Positions 26,060-39,390 of a DNA stretch of 64,000 nucleotides are shown piece by piece. The stretch's first letter is position 1; every line of letters starts with the position of its first letter. Location of the stretch: NCBI GenBank assembly GCA_026770705.1, contig JANJGN010000052.1:3534001-3598000 (forward strand), read 5' to 3'. A program made the position numbers and the translations under genes. The notes beneath the pieces are model-generated. The model ran no database searches, was not told the origin of the DNA, and worked only from the letters and a program-made list of their open reading frames with translations. The stretch is from Isurus oxyrinchus. Taxonomy: Eukaryota.

Positions 26060-28260
26060 TTTCTTATTCATTTCAGGGATGTTGGTGTCGCTGGCTAGGC
26101 CAGTATTTGTTGCCCATCCCCAATTGCCTTTGAGAACATCTGGATATCTGAGTTAGGATCAGGAGTAGGTCAGTCAGTCCCTCGAACCTGCTCTGCCATT
26201 CAGTAAGATCATGGCTGATCTGATTGTCACCTCAACCTCAGATTCCTGCCTACCCCCAATGACCTTTCACCCCCTTGTTAATCAAGAATCTATCTAGCTC
26301 TGTGGAAGGGGAGCCAATCAATCGGGCTGCTTTGTCCTGGATGGTGTCGAGCTTCTTGAGTGTTGTTGGAGCTGCACTCATCCAGGCATGTGGAGAGTAT
26401 TCCATCACACTCCTGACTTGTGCGTTGTAGATGGTGGACAGGCTTTGGGGAGTCAGGAGGTGAGTTACTGTCTGCAGGGTTCCCAGCCTCTGACCTGCTC
26501 TTGCAGCCACAGTGTTTATATGGCTGGTCCAGTTCAGTTTCTGCTCAATGGTAACTCCCAGGATGTTGATATTGGGGGATTCATTGATGGTAATGCCATT
26601 GAATGCCAAGGGGCGATGGTTATGAATGGTCTGTGGGATATTCTGGTACAAAATTTCAACACTCAGACTCCAGATGCAATATTCAAGTGGTTCCTTTATT
26701 AGGCATGTGGGGAGCAAACGCTGGGCAGTCCAGGCGCTTCTCCACCGAGGTTCAAATGAGCACAGTTTATATATTTTTTACTCTCAGTTACAAGGTAATG
26801 GTATTAGTTAGACAAAGGCCACAGCACAATGACCCTCCGGTGGGCTGATAATTGTGTTCTTGTTCAGTAATTACAGGGCAGAGACTGGCTATTGTCCTTT
26901 TGAGACAGCAAAGAATCTATGTTTGTTCGCTACAAAAGGTTACCGGAGGCTGACTGGATGTGGTTCAAGGCCATCGGACGGTGTGAAATAACCTTCCCCA
27001 TTTCTTGATTGAGTCACCCTGTGTCCTTGTGTGTGTGTCTCCCATTTCCTCATTGCAAATTTACAGCTGAGCCCTTAGTACAGGTTTTTAAGTTTTCACG
27101 TAAGGATGTGTACGCTTTGGTGCCCTAGCTGCTGGTCCTGGCTGGCTCTTGAACATAAATCCAAATTTTCTGCACCTTCAATTAGATTCTCTCTTGTTGG
27201 AGCTGGTCATTGCCTGGTACTTGTGTGGCATGAATGTTACTTGTCACCTGTCAGCCCAAGCCTGGATGTTGTCCAGGTCTTGCTGCATTTGGACATAACT
27301 TGCTTCAGTATCTGAGGAGCCGTGAATGATGCTGAACATTGTGCAAACATCAGCAAACATCCCCACTTCTGACCTTATGATGGAAGGAAGGACATTGATG
27401 AAGCAGCTGAAGATGGTTGAGCCTAGGACACTACCCTGAGCAACTCCTGCACTGATGTCCTGGAACTGAGATGATTGACCCCCAACAATCACAACCATCG
27501 TCCTTTCTGCTGGGTATGACTCCAAGCAGCGGAGAGTTTTCCCCCGATTCCCATTGACTCCAGTTTTGCTCGGGCTCCTTGATTTGCCACACTCAGTCAA
27601 ATGCTGCCTTGATGTCAAGGGCAGTCCCTCTCACCTCTGGAGTTCAGCTCATTTATGCATGTTTGAACCAAGGCTGTAATGAGGCCAGGAGCTGAATGAT
27701 CCTGGTGGAACACAAACTGAGCGTCAGTGAGCAGGTTCTTGGTAAGCAGGTGCTGCTTGCAAGCGCTGTTGATGACCCCTTCCATCACTTTAGTAATGAT
27801 CAAGAATAGACTGCTGGGGAATTGGCTGGGTTGGATTTGTCCTGCTTTTTGTGTACAGGACGTACCCCATAGCCGGGTAGTTGCCAGTGTTGCAGCTGTA
27901 CTAGAAAATTCCAGAAAAGCTTGGCTAGGGGCGCAGCAAGTTCTGGAGCACAAGTCTTCAGTACTATTGCCAGAATATTGTCAGGGCCTGGAGCCTTTGC
28001 AATATCCAGTGCCTTCAGCCCTTTCTTGATGTCACGTGGAATTAATCGAATTGGCTAAAGATTGGCATCTCTGATGCTGGGGACCTCAGGAGGAGGCCGA
28101 GATGGATCAGCCACTCAGCACTTCTGGCTGAAGATTGTTGCGCATGCTTCAGTCTTGTCTTTTGCACCGATGTGCTGGGCTCCTCCATCATTGAGGATGG
28201 GGATATTTGTGGAGCCTCCTCCTACAGTGAGTTGTTTAATTGTCCACGACTGGATGTGAC
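26060..28260 (-). mobile_element. CR1-type LINE fragments
   Basis: RT motifs GVAQGSVLGSTIFSCFIN, MFADVC, MQQDLDNIQAWAD, ILGVTI..KLNWTSHIN, YNAQVRSVMEY. Interrupted by unrelated sequence at ~26630-27190. Confidence 0.85.
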
Positions 28261-29362
28261 ATCTGGAATGCGAAGCTAGTCTCAGTAATGGTGACCATGA
28301 AACTAAGGCCAATTGTTGCAAAAACCCATCTGGGTCACTAATGCCCTTTGGGGAAGGAAACCTGCCGTCCTTACCCATTCTGGCCTACGTGTGACTCCTG
28401 ACCCACAGCAATGTGGTTGACTCTTAACTGGCCCCTGAAATGGCCGAGCAAGCCACTGAGTTATATCAAAACCCGCCACAGACCAGTCAAACCAGGCGAA
28501 CTGCAGCACTTCGAAAAGGCAGCTCAGCACCCCCTTCTCAAGGGGTCAGTCAGAAACAGGTAACAAACGCTGTCCACATCCCGTGAAAGAATTTTGGTAA
28601 AAAGGTAGCCGTGTATCACCACCCACGGCCAGCGCCAACCCCCCCACCCCTACCTGATTGCACCAGTTTCAGATTACACCAGGTCAATGAACGGATAGAA
28701 ACCCAAACCAATGAGATGAGCACAGAGAAGGATCAAGCCAGAGAGAGTTGGTGGGAAGAATTGGGAAAGCAACAAAAAAGGCAGAGCGGACACTAACACT
28801 ATAACAAAGTAAAGACCAGAGGAGGAAGGAAGCAAGTGCGAAGAGGAATTGAGAGCAGAGCTGGTAGGCTGCTTGTCGAAGCCAAGGAACCTCCATAGGG
28901 CACATCCACAGTGCTGTTGGGGAGGGTGATACATGATTTTGACCCAGGATCATCAAGTGTTGCACTGGCAGAACCTTTAAAGTAAAGGGACCTTTACTAC
29001 CCATGCACCGCCCCGCCCTACAAAGCTGTTGACCTGCTGAGTCCACCTGTACAGGCAACCTCCAGACAGTTGGCTACAGAGGCCATTGCAGCTGCTGAAT
29101 ATGACTTCCCGTTTCAAACCCTTCATGAATGCAAGGATGGAGAATTCAGCAGGAATATTCCTGCACACCCTGTGGCAGATCCTGTAAATAAAAGGGACCT
29201 TCACTCACTCCCCAAAGCTGCTGACCTGCTGATTCACATCTACAGGCAACCTCCAAATAGTCAACTAGAGAAGACAACGCAGCTGCTGAATGTGACTCCT
29301 AGTTTTAAACCCTTCACTCTGGAAAGAAGGAATCCAGAGCAATGGCCTCAGTATGATTCTTC

Positions 29363-32300
29363 ACAGAAACTGATTTTAAATCTCATGTCTAAGTATTATT
29401 TTTCCTTTGCTTACATTTTAATCCCTGCACCTGATGGCTTTATCGCTTCACATTTAATAACTTTCAGCAGGAGCCACGTTCAAATTGAATGGACAAGCTG
29501 GCTTGGGAGGCCAAAAGGCCTACTCCTGCTTCTGTTTATTTATGTTAGTGTTGTTATGTAGTGGAACTAGAGAGGTTATATCAGTTATGAGAACATTAAG
29601 CAAACAGCAGCAAGAATTGAACACCTACGTTGTGGTTTATGAAAAGGTTTTCAACCTGGTCAACTGGTAAAATCTGTTGAAAGTGGGCTATCATGGCGTG
29701 TGCCCTTTGTGAGATATTTGTAACAACGTTCTCGATGTCGGAACAGCTTGCATTGAACAAAGCTGATCTTTACCCAGAACTTCAGAGGAAGGGGGGACAA
29801 TTGTTCCCTGGTGTGGGGGGCATGGTGGGGGGGGAGGGTGAGGGAGAGACAAGTAGCCTGAAGTACCAAGCCAGACACTTTGTGAAGACAAAAGTTGTTT
29901 ATTCATTTTTTTTTACAAATCATAATCTTTACAATTAAAGACCCGACAAGATAATGGTGAATCATGAACACATTGTCGGGGTGAATCTGTGCCCGGGAGC
30001 ATAAAGCAGCAAAATCAGGAGCCCGCTTTACATCTCTCTGAATTTTAACTATCATTAACCCCAGTAACATCCATTCAAATGACTTAGTCATAAGATTCCT
30101 CACACATTCACTTGCACACTCACACACCCACACCCACACAGACACACTGACACACTCACTCATTCACATTGACACACACTGACACAGTCACACACACCCA
30201 CACAGACACACTGACACACTCACTCATTCACATTGACACACACTGAAACAGTCACACACACCCACACAGACACACTGACACACTCACTCATTCACATTGA
30301 CACACACTGACACAGTCACACACACACATACACACACACACGCTGACACAATCACACACATTCACATTGACACACACATATTGACAGTCACACATACACA
30401 CACACACTCACTCATAAAGACAGACACAAACACAGCCACGCACACACTAACACATACTCACACACACTCACTCACGCACACACACATTGATACACTCAAA
30501 CACTCACAGACACACTCACATACTCACACATAAACAAAGAAGTTTACATTATAAACACTATAAACACAGGTTAGATTAAAAGTGCAGTATATTGGTACAA
30601 AGATAGGCCATAATGAAAACTTCAATATGAGATCGTCACTAATAAATCCAATGGGGATTTCAGGAGAAATCTCTTCACCCAGACAGTGGGGAGAATGTGG
30701 AACTCGCTCCCACAGAGAGTAGTTGAGGTGAATAGTGTCGATGTATTTAAGGGGAAGCTGGATAAACACACGAGGGAGAAATGAATAGAAGGATATGGTG
30801 ATGGGGTGAGATGGAGAAGGGGTGGGCGGAGTCTCGTGAGGAGCAGAAACTCCAGCATGGAGCAGATGGGCCAAATGGCTTCTTTCCCTGCTGTAAAACG
30901 CAGGTAAAGTTTCAGTTGGAATTAATGAACAGGGCCTGTGTTAAATAGATTGCTAAGCAGTAGATAAGGAGGGGAGAGGCTGTGGCATGGTGCAGGATGA
31001 CCTTGCGTGAATGAGGCCAGGGTCTAATATCTACAGCAGAGACCACAAGTCTCATTTGGTTCTCTCCAATTACAGCAGTTACAGCAGAATCTGCAGCGCT
31101 GCTGTCTGCTCATTCTGTTCTGGTGCTGCAGCAAGGAGCCCTGGAAAAGCAGGAGGACAATAGGTGAGAACATTCCGGAAAGAAAGAAGGCATCATTTCA
31201 ATCAGGCGCGTCATTGGAAGGAGGATGGCGCATTTCTATAGCGCCTTTCCCCTCCTCAGGATGGCCCAAAGTGTTCCACAGCTGAAGGAAGGACTTTTTC
31301 TGAAGTGAGCTCACCGCTGTAATGTAGGAAACGCAGCAGGCAATTCACGCACAGCAAGATCCCACAAACAGAAATGTGATAATGGCCCCGATTTTCAGTT
31401 TTTTACCAATGTCAGTTGAGGGATAAATGTTTGCCCCAGGAAAGCAGACATAACTGCATCTCATCCACCCCCCACCACCCCCTCCACACATACCCCCAAC
31501 TCCTGACGCACTTCATCTAAATTGTGGCCATGGAATCCTCTATATCCACCTGAGAGGGCAGATGTTGTCTCAGTTTAACATCTCATCTGAAAGACAGCGC
31601 CTTCAACAGTGCAGCACCCCCTCAGTACTGACCCTCCGACTGTGCAGCACCCCCTCAGTACTGACCCTCCGACTGTGCAGTCCCCCGCCGGTACTGACCC
31701 TCTGACAGTGCAGCACTTCAAGACTGACCGTCTGACAATGCAGCACCCCCTCAGTACTGACCCTCCGACTGTCCTGCCCCCCCGCCGGTACTGACCCTCC
31801 GACAGCTCGGTAATTTCTCAATTACGCCTGGTGGTCCTTTTAACTCAGAGCTGTGAGTTGCAGAGAATCGAGCAGACACCCTGAACTGACACTTGCAGTG
31901 CAAGTACTGGGAGCGCGCTGGTCATTATCATGCTGCTGTCTGTGGGATCTTACTGTGCGCCAATGGCTGATTCTTTTCCCACAGTACATCAGTGACCTCA
32001 CATGAAAGAAAAAAAGCACTTGATTGTCTGCGAAACAGTTTGGGACGTCCTGATGTGTTGGAAGGCGCTAGAGAAATGCAAGTCCTCTTTGTCTTTCACT
32101 CGATCCTCTAAGGTGTCTGTTGATTAACCAGCCTCTCGGTGTATGATGTAGGCCTGGTTATAAACAGTTAGAAGGATCAAATATCAAAAGTGCTTTGGCT
32201 GACAGTCAAACCGATTGTGCATTCGGAGAGATTAGATATGGTCTGCACACAATGACTCCAGTCTCTGGCACTGACTGCCGCCTGGGGTCTCCCTTCCACA

Positions 32301-32861
32301 TAACACTCACAACTTGCATTTACACAGCGCCTCTGACATTGCAAAATGTCCCAGCCCACATTACCGGAGCGTAAATCAGAGAGAAGTCTAACACTGAGTC
32401 ACATATGGAGATATTAGGGATAGGTGACCAAAAGCTTGGTCAAAGATGTCAGTTTTTAAGGAGCGTCTTAAAGGAGAGAGAGAGAGAGAGGCAGAGAGGT
32501 TAAGGGAGGGTATTCCGGAGCTCAGGGCCCCAGGCAGCTGAAGGCACGGCCGCCAATGGTGGAGCGATGGGAATCAGGGGGACCCGGGAGATGCAGTAAT
32601 GTCAGAGATTTTGGAGGAACATCGGGACCGGAGGAGGTGTTCTCCTGCTCCATATCTCTCTCTCTCTTCCTCTCATCCACTCCTCCTCTCCCTGTCTCTC
32701 TCTCTCCTACTCTTCCTCTCAATTGCCCTCTCTCCCAATCTTTCTCTCCTCTCTCCCTTTTCCTGTCTCTCTCCCTCTCTCTCTCCCTGTCTCATTCTCC
32801 CACTCTGTATCTCTCCCTCTCTCTCACACTATTTTTGTACCTTTCGCTCACTCTGTAACTC
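29363..32861 (+). repeat. Left arm of a large inverted duplication (partner 60593-64000, running off the window)
   Basis: Reverse-complement match along its length. Paired ORFs 29693/63425, 29903/63200, 32177/61094, 32556/60523. Confidence 0.95.
31024..31140 (-). CDS. HAMP: Hepcidin exon 3 (copy L)
   Basis: cttttccAG acceptor. GSLLQHQNRMSRQQRCRFCCNCCNWREPNETCGLCCRY* has the 8-Cys hepcidin pattern C-xx-CC-x-CC-..-C-xx-CC. Confidence 0.92.
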   Translation of the reverse strand, partial: GSLLQHQNRMSRQQRCRFCCNCCNWREPNETCGLCCRY

Positions 32862-33342
32862 TCCCTTTCCTGTTAATTTCTCTCTCTTGGACAATCTCTC
32901 TTCCCTTTTCACTTTCCCTCACTCTGCATCTCTTCTTTAATTTCTCCCTCTGTCACTCTCTCCCACCTATGTTCTTTCCCTTTCACCCCTCCCCGTCCCA
33001 CTCTCTGTCTCTCTCTTCCAATCCCTCCCTCCCCTATTCCATCCCTCTCTCCGACTCTCGACTCCCAGCCTCTCTTTAACCCACTCCCAGGCTGGATCAG
33101 TCTCCCTCTCACTATTCCCGGCGTGGGTTACATTTAAAATTCCTGTGGGGATATGTTCACTTCCTTGGAATTGCCTCTTCCCAGCTTTGCAAAAAAAGTT
33201 GGGGGGGGGGGCTCGATTTCAAACCTGCCTCCTGAGTATAACCGAGACAGACTGCCACTGAAATCAGCTTGAAATCAGAAAACTTTCTGTGGAAGAAACG
33301 AGCAGGGAGAAACCTTAAAATAAGGAATGAATTTCCACCTAC

Positions 33343-33399
33343 CGTGTCCGGGGAATCCACAGATTTCTCAATCGTCGAAGAACCTAAAGCAGTGTCAAC
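33343..33399 (-). CDS. HAMP: Hepcidin exon 2 (prodomain)
   Basis: ttctttctttttgcAG acceptor, ACG|GTAGGT donor, 57 nt. Only phase 0 is open: VDTALGSSTIEKSVDSPDT. Size and phase fit the short middle exon of hepcidin genes. Confidence 0.78.
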
Positions 33400-34139
33400 C
33401 TGCAAAAAGAAAGAATTTATCAGGGAGAAAGTGAGAGGAGGATTGAGGGAGAGGGAGAGAGAGAGAGAGAGGTACAGGAGAGAGAGGGGGAGGAGGACAG
33501 ACTTGCATTTCTCTAACGCCTTTCACCACATCCCAAAGCATTTCACAGCCACTGAAGGATGTTTTTGAAGTGCACTCACACTGTAGGAAATGTGGCAGCT
33601 GATTTGTGCACAGCAAGATCCCACAAATAGCAATGTGATCATGGCCTAGATCATCTGTTTTTGGTGATGTTGGGTGAGGGATAAATATTGGTGCCAGGAC
33701 ACCGGGGAGAACACCCCCTGCTCTTCCTCCAAATAGTGGCTGTGGGATCTTTCACACCCGCCCGAGAGGGCAGACGAGGGACTCGGTTTAATGTCTCATT
33801 CAACATTGTTGTGCTCCCTCAGTACTAACCCTTTGACACTGCAGCACTCCCTTAGTATTAACCCTTCGATAGTGCTGCGCTCCCTCAGTACTGTCCCTCC
33901 GTCAGTGCAGCGCTACCTCAGTACTGACCCTCCGACAGTGCAACACTTCCACAGTACTGACCCTGTAACAATGCAGCACTTCCTCAGTACTGACCTCCGA
34001 CAGTATAGCACTCACTCAGTACTGTCCCTCCAATAGTGCAACACTTCCACACTACTGACCCTCTGACAGTGCAGCACTCCCTCAGCACGGAGTGTTGACC
34101 GACGTTATGGGACTGAATTCCCTGGAGTGAGACTCAGAC

Positions 34140-35340
34140 CAGAGATTTAGGTAGGGTTGTTCCGGCTGGAGGAGGTTACAGAGATAGGGAGGGTTGTAGA
34201 GGCTGTAGGAGATAACAGAGATAGGGAGGGTTCTAGAGGCTGCAGGAGGTTACAGAGATAGGGAGGGTTGTAGGGGCTGTAGGAGGTTACAGAGATAGGG
34301 AGGTGAGTAGGGGCTGTAGGAGGTTAAAGAGATGGGGGGGTTGTGGGGGCTGGAGGAGGTTACAGAGGTAGGGAGGGTTGTAGAGGCTGGAGGAGGTTAC
34401 CAAAATAGATACTGTTGTAGGGGCCACAGTAGGTTACAGAGATAGGGAGAGTTATAGTGTGGAGAGGACGTTATAGAGTTCATGAGCATTGTAGGGGCTG
34501 GAGGAGGTTACAGTGATTCTGAGGGTCGTGGGGCCTGGAGGAGGTTACAGAGATAGGGAGGGTTGTAGGGTCTGGAGGAGGTTACAGAGATAGGGAGGGT
34601 TGTAGGGTCTGGAGCAGGTTACAGAGATAGGGAGGGTTGTAGGGTCTAGAGGAGGTTACAGTGATCATGAGGGTTGTGGGGCCTGGGGGAGGTTACAGAG
34701 ATAGGTAGGGTTGTAGGTGCTGGAGGAGGTTACAGAGATAGGGAGGGTTGTAGGATCTGGAGGAGGTTACAGTGATCGTGAGGGTTGTGGGGCCTGGGGG
34801 AGGTTACAGAGATAGGGAGTGTTGTGGGGACTGTAGGAGGTTACATAGATAGGGAGGGTTGTCGGGTCTGGAGGAGGTTACAGAGATAGGGAGGGTTATA
34901 GGGACTGGAGGAGGTTACAGAGATAGGGAGGGTTGTAGAGACTGTAGGATGTTACAGAGATAGGGATTGTTGTAGGGGCTGGAGGATGTTACAGAGATAG
35001 GGAGGGTTGTAGGGGCTGGAGGAGGTTACAGAGATAGGGAGGGTTGTAGGGGCTGGAGGAGGTTACAGAGATAGGGAGGGTTGTACGGGCTGGAGGAGGT
35101 TACAGAGATAGGGAGGGTTGTAGGGGCTGGAGGAAGTTACAGAGATAGGGAGGGTTGTAGGGGCTGGAGGAGGTTACAGAGATAGGGAGGGGTGTAGGGG
35201 CTGGAGGAGGTTACAGAGATAGGGAGGGTTGTAAGGCCTGGTGGAGGTTACAGAGATAGGGAGGGTTGTAGGGGCTGGAGGAGTTTACAGAGATAGGGAG
35301 GGTTGTACGGGCTGGAGGAGGTTACAGAGATAGGGAGTGG
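34140..35340 (-). repeat. ~37-38-bp LINE-derived minisatellite in hepcidin intron 1
   Basis: Tandem ggaggttacagagatagggagggttgtaggggctgga; the same family occurs at 6760-7200 and 37990-38640. Confidence 0.9.
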
Positions 35341-35539
35341 CTGAGGAGGGATTGAAAACAAGAATGAGAATTTCAGGGGAAATGACAGAAGGAAATGATG
35401 TTAAATTCATAGAGGGCGACAATATTAAAGGCACGAACATAATAATATCAAACTGCGGAAGAGACCAGTCTATCTGGGTGGTAGACGTAGAGTCATGTGC
35501 AAGAAACACCTCACCCAGAGGGACATCTCTTAGCTTAAC

Positions 35540-35631
35540 CTCGACAAGGAGAAGAAGTGACTCAGCTGCAGGGAGAGCAGCAAAGTCAGAGTGAACAAGA
35601 CAAGTCGCCATTTCATCTGGGAGCTTCCCAT
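35540..35631 (-). CDS. HAMP: Hepcidin exon 1 (signal peptide), out of phase with exon 2 as assembled
   Basis: MGSSQMKWRLVLFTLTLLLSLQLSHFFSLS followed by an AG|GTTAAG donor. It is 92 nt (phase 2), whereas exon 2 needs phase 0. Confidence 0.72.
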
Positions 35632-35689
35632 CTCTGCCTGTCTCTTCTGATCTTCTGGCTCTGCTTTGATGCTTTGGTTTGTAACTAGA

Positions 35690-35915
35690 GGAGCTTCCTG
35701 CTCTTATACCTGAAACACTTGAAGGGGACAGCCGCGGGTGGGTAGCTGTGTGGTATCACACCCATTTCTGGATATTGCAGTGTCGATGTTCCCTGTCCCA
35801 CTGGCCTGGGACCAGCAGTAAGGTCACTGGGACATTGACTGTCTGGCGCCGAGAACTATCAGTCCCTCCGCAACGCCCTTCACCTTGTGCAAATATGTGT
35901 TCATATTGACGCAAC
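35690..35915 (-). promoter_or_regulatory. Hepcidin proximal promoter motifs
   Basis: TATAAGA at 35708-35702; GTCT+GGCGCC at 35841-35850; TTGTGCAA at 35885-35892; TGACGCAA at 35907-35914. Confidence 0.6.
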
Positions 35916-36309
35916 ACAACATAGCAAAAACATAGGGGCTGGTTCTTATGTCGGCAAATCAGGTGAAGCGCACGCCCCCTAACCCCTTACTCCTCTCATT
36001 GCTCCTCCTTCCTACCAGACACTTACTATTTTACAAATTGTGTGCGTTGCTTTTATTTCGGACAAGGGGCCTCGAGGGGGAACTGATTTACGCTGAGGTT
36101 TAGGGGTTAACAGCCATGTCATGTGTTGATCGGTCAGTGTTTACCATGTGGAGACTGTCTGTCACCAGCTTTGTTCATGGTTTATCCAGGAACATTGAAG
36201 GGCATGAACGTTCTTGCTTTGTATGGAACAAGTTACCGACTGGGTTCAGTCATCGACTCAGACTCACATCAACATAAACTGGCTTCTGACAGGTAAGTTT
36301 CTATTACAT

Positions 36310-36900
36310 AAGGGTAGGAGGAGGCCATTTGGCCCCTCGAGCCTGCTCCACCATTCAAAGAATTCATGGCTGATCTGCAAACTAGCCCCATATGCCTTTG
36401 TCCCATCTCCTTTAATACCTTTGGATAACAAAAATCTATCAGTCTCACAGGTTTAAAATGAACAACTTGATCGTGCATCAGTTCCTGTTTGGGGAAGAGA
36501 GTTCCAAATTTCTCCCACCCTTTGTACTTCCTAATTTAATTCCTTTTTAGGCTCTGACCCCGAGTCCCAGACTCCCCCCAACCAGGGGAAATGGTTTCTC
36601 TTTATCGCCCCCGATCTGTTCCCCTTAATATCATGCGAACTTTCATCAAATCTCCTGCTTAACATTCTAACTTCCAGGGAATACAAGCCGAGTTTGTGTT
36701 TAATCTCTCCTTGTGATTTAACCCTTGGAGTCCCGGTCTCATTCTGGTAAACTGACACTGCTCTCCCTCCGAGGTCAATATATCCTTCCTAAGGTGTGGG
36801 GCCCAGAATGTCTCACAGTGACTCCAGGTGTGGTCTAGCCAGGGCTTTATGTAGACTGAAGCATGACCTCTGCCCCCTTATATTCTAATCCGTGAGATAG
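36310..36900 (-). mobile_element. CR1 LINE 3' fragment
   Basis: Minus-strand GLEYKGAEVMLQ and KLGLYSLE remnants, with the typical ctcgaggggccaaatggcctcctcct 3' end. Confidence 0.7.
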
Positions 36901-39029
36901 AAAGGGCAGAGTTCCAGAATTGTTGTGTTTATTCGACAACAGAATAACAGAGGAAGGTTTCCTCTCTGCCCTCTTCAGCCCCACTGGGAAGGTCAGGATG
37001 AGAAGGTTGGGCTGGGTCCCCTGTACTGGACACTCGCTGAATCTTCCAATGATAGTTCTGGGCTGGATTTCAAAACGCATAGACAAGGATTCAGTGTTCC
37101 ATCACATTCTGCCTTTGTCTCTTTTCCTCTCGTTCTCTTTCTCTACCATCCTCTCTCTCTATCTATCTATCTTTCTCCTCATTCTCTCCTGCTTCATCTC
37201 TATCACTTTCTTTCTACTTCTTTGTGTGTCTCTGTCTGTCTCTCTCTCTCACTCTTTCTTTCCTTGTCCTTATCTCTTTCAGTGTCTCCCTCTTTCTCTC
37301 TCTCTCTCTCTCTCTAAATGTGCCCCTCTCTAACAGTTTGGCCCAGTACTCTTATTTCCCTGTTTTACTGGTGTTCCATTTGAAGGTATACAAGACCAGA
37401 TCAGACCAGAATGTTTATTTTCCAGTGTTTACTGTGTTTTTTTCATTCTGGGTGTCTCTCGACTCTGTCTGTCCCTCTCTGTCCTTTTATTTCATTCTTT
37501 CATGTGATGTGGACATCACTGCCTAGGCCAGCATTTATTGCCCAACCCTAATTGCCCTTGTTCAGAGGCCACTTTTTAAAAGTCAACCACATTGCTGTGG
37601 GTCTGGAGTCACATGTAGGCCAGACCAGGTAAGGACAGCAGATTTCCCTCCCTAAAGGGCATTTGTGACCCAAATACAAGAATCGGCAATGGTTTCCTGG
37701 TCATCATCGGACTTTTAATTCCAGGTTTTTATTGAATTGAAATTCCACCAACTGCTGTGGTGAGATTCTAACCAGGGTCCCAGGAGCATTACACTGGGTC
37801 TCTGGATTACTGGTCCAGTGAAAATACCATCAGGCCAACACCTCCCCACTCTTCCCTTCCACCATCTTTCACACTTGTTCTCTCTCTCTCTCCCTCTCCT
37901 TCTCTCTTCCCCCTCTCTCAGTCTCTGTCTGTCTCTCAATCTCTCTATCGCTCTGTATCTCCTGGAGGCTCTCTCTCTGACTGTCTCCCTCCCTATATCT
38001 GTAACCTCCTCTCTCTGTCCCTTTCCTCCAGCCCCTACAACCCTCCCTAAGGCAGCCTCCACCTGCCTCTACAATCCTCCCCATCTCTGTAACCACCTTC
38101 AACCCCTACAACCCTCCCCATCTCTGTAACCTCCTCCACCTCTCACAACCCTCCCTATATCTGTAACCTCCTCCACAAGCCCATACAATCCTCCCTATCC
38201 CTGTAACAACCTCCAGCCCGACAACACCCCTATACATGTCACCTCCTCTAGCCACTGTAACCCTAATAATCTCCCAAGCCTCCACCAGCCTTGACAATCC
38301 TGCCCATCTCTGTAACATCCTCCAACCACCACAACCCTCCCTATTTCTGTAATCTCTTCCAGTCCCTACCACCCTCCCTATCTCTACAACCTGCTCCACC
38401 CCCTGCAACTCGCCCTATCTCTGTGTCATCCTCCAGCCCCTACAACCCTCCCTATACCTGTAACCTCCTCCAGCCCCTACAACCCTCCCTATCTCTGGAA
38501 CAGCTTCCAGCACCTACAACCCTCCCTATCTCTGTAACCTCCTCCAGCCCCTACAACACTCCTTATCTCTGTAACCTCCTCCAGCCCCTACAACCCTCCC
38601 TATCTCTGTAACCTCCTCCAGCCCCTGTAACCCTCCCCATCTCTTGAAGGGTTCTCAACATTTCCAACTGTCAAGGAACCCTGGGTTGGTGAGCGTGACC
38701 CCTGACCTCTCCTAGTGCAATTTAGTTAGGGTTTGGGGGTGGGACAAGGGTAAGGGCATTAGTAGCGTGATGCTCCCTTGTTATGCCGTGTGTTCCCCAT
38801 TCTTAACTCAGTGTACTTTGTAAGTCTGTATAATCTCAGTGTCATCCTAATGTTATAAGTTCATTTGTGACTTCAGTAAACTCAGTTTTTGTCTTGCACC
38901 AAAACCAGTTGTCTGCTGCACTTTGTGACAAGCCCCGAATAAGTCCAAGGTCTAGAACCCAGGGAGTGGGAGTGATTCAGACGGCTCAGAAGTCGCAGGT
39001 GAAGCTGACACACACCACCACACCCTACA

Positions 39030-39390
39030 AGGGGCTGAATGGCCTCCTCCTGTTCCTGTGTAATGGGCTTCAGTGGCTGAATGGCCTCCTCCTGTTCCTG
39101 TATAACGGACATAAGTGGCAGAATGGCCTCCTCTTGTTCCTGTGTAACGGACATAAGTGGCAGAATGGCCTCCTCCTGTTTCTGTGTAACAGTCTTGAGG
39201 GGGCTGAATGGCCTCCTCCTGTTCCTGTGTAACAGTCTCGAGGGGGCTGAATGGGCCTCTTCCTGTTCCTGTGTAACAGGCTTGAGGGGGCTGAATGGCC
39301 TCCTCCTGTTCCTGTGTAACAGGCTCAAGGGGCTGAATGGCCTCCTCCTGTTCCTGTGTAACAGGCTCGACGGGCTGAATGGCCTCCTTC
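39030..39390 (+). repeat. Minisatellite from the CR1 3' terminus
   Basis: Tandem gggctgaatggcctcctcctgttcctgtgtaaca units. Confidence 0.85.

Noticed and set aside
32556-33112. Leu/Ser-rich hydrophobic ORFs (also 36920-37526, 37818-38129, 60015-60897)
   Set aside because: Translations of (CT)n/(CA)n low-complexity DNA, not transmembrane proteins.
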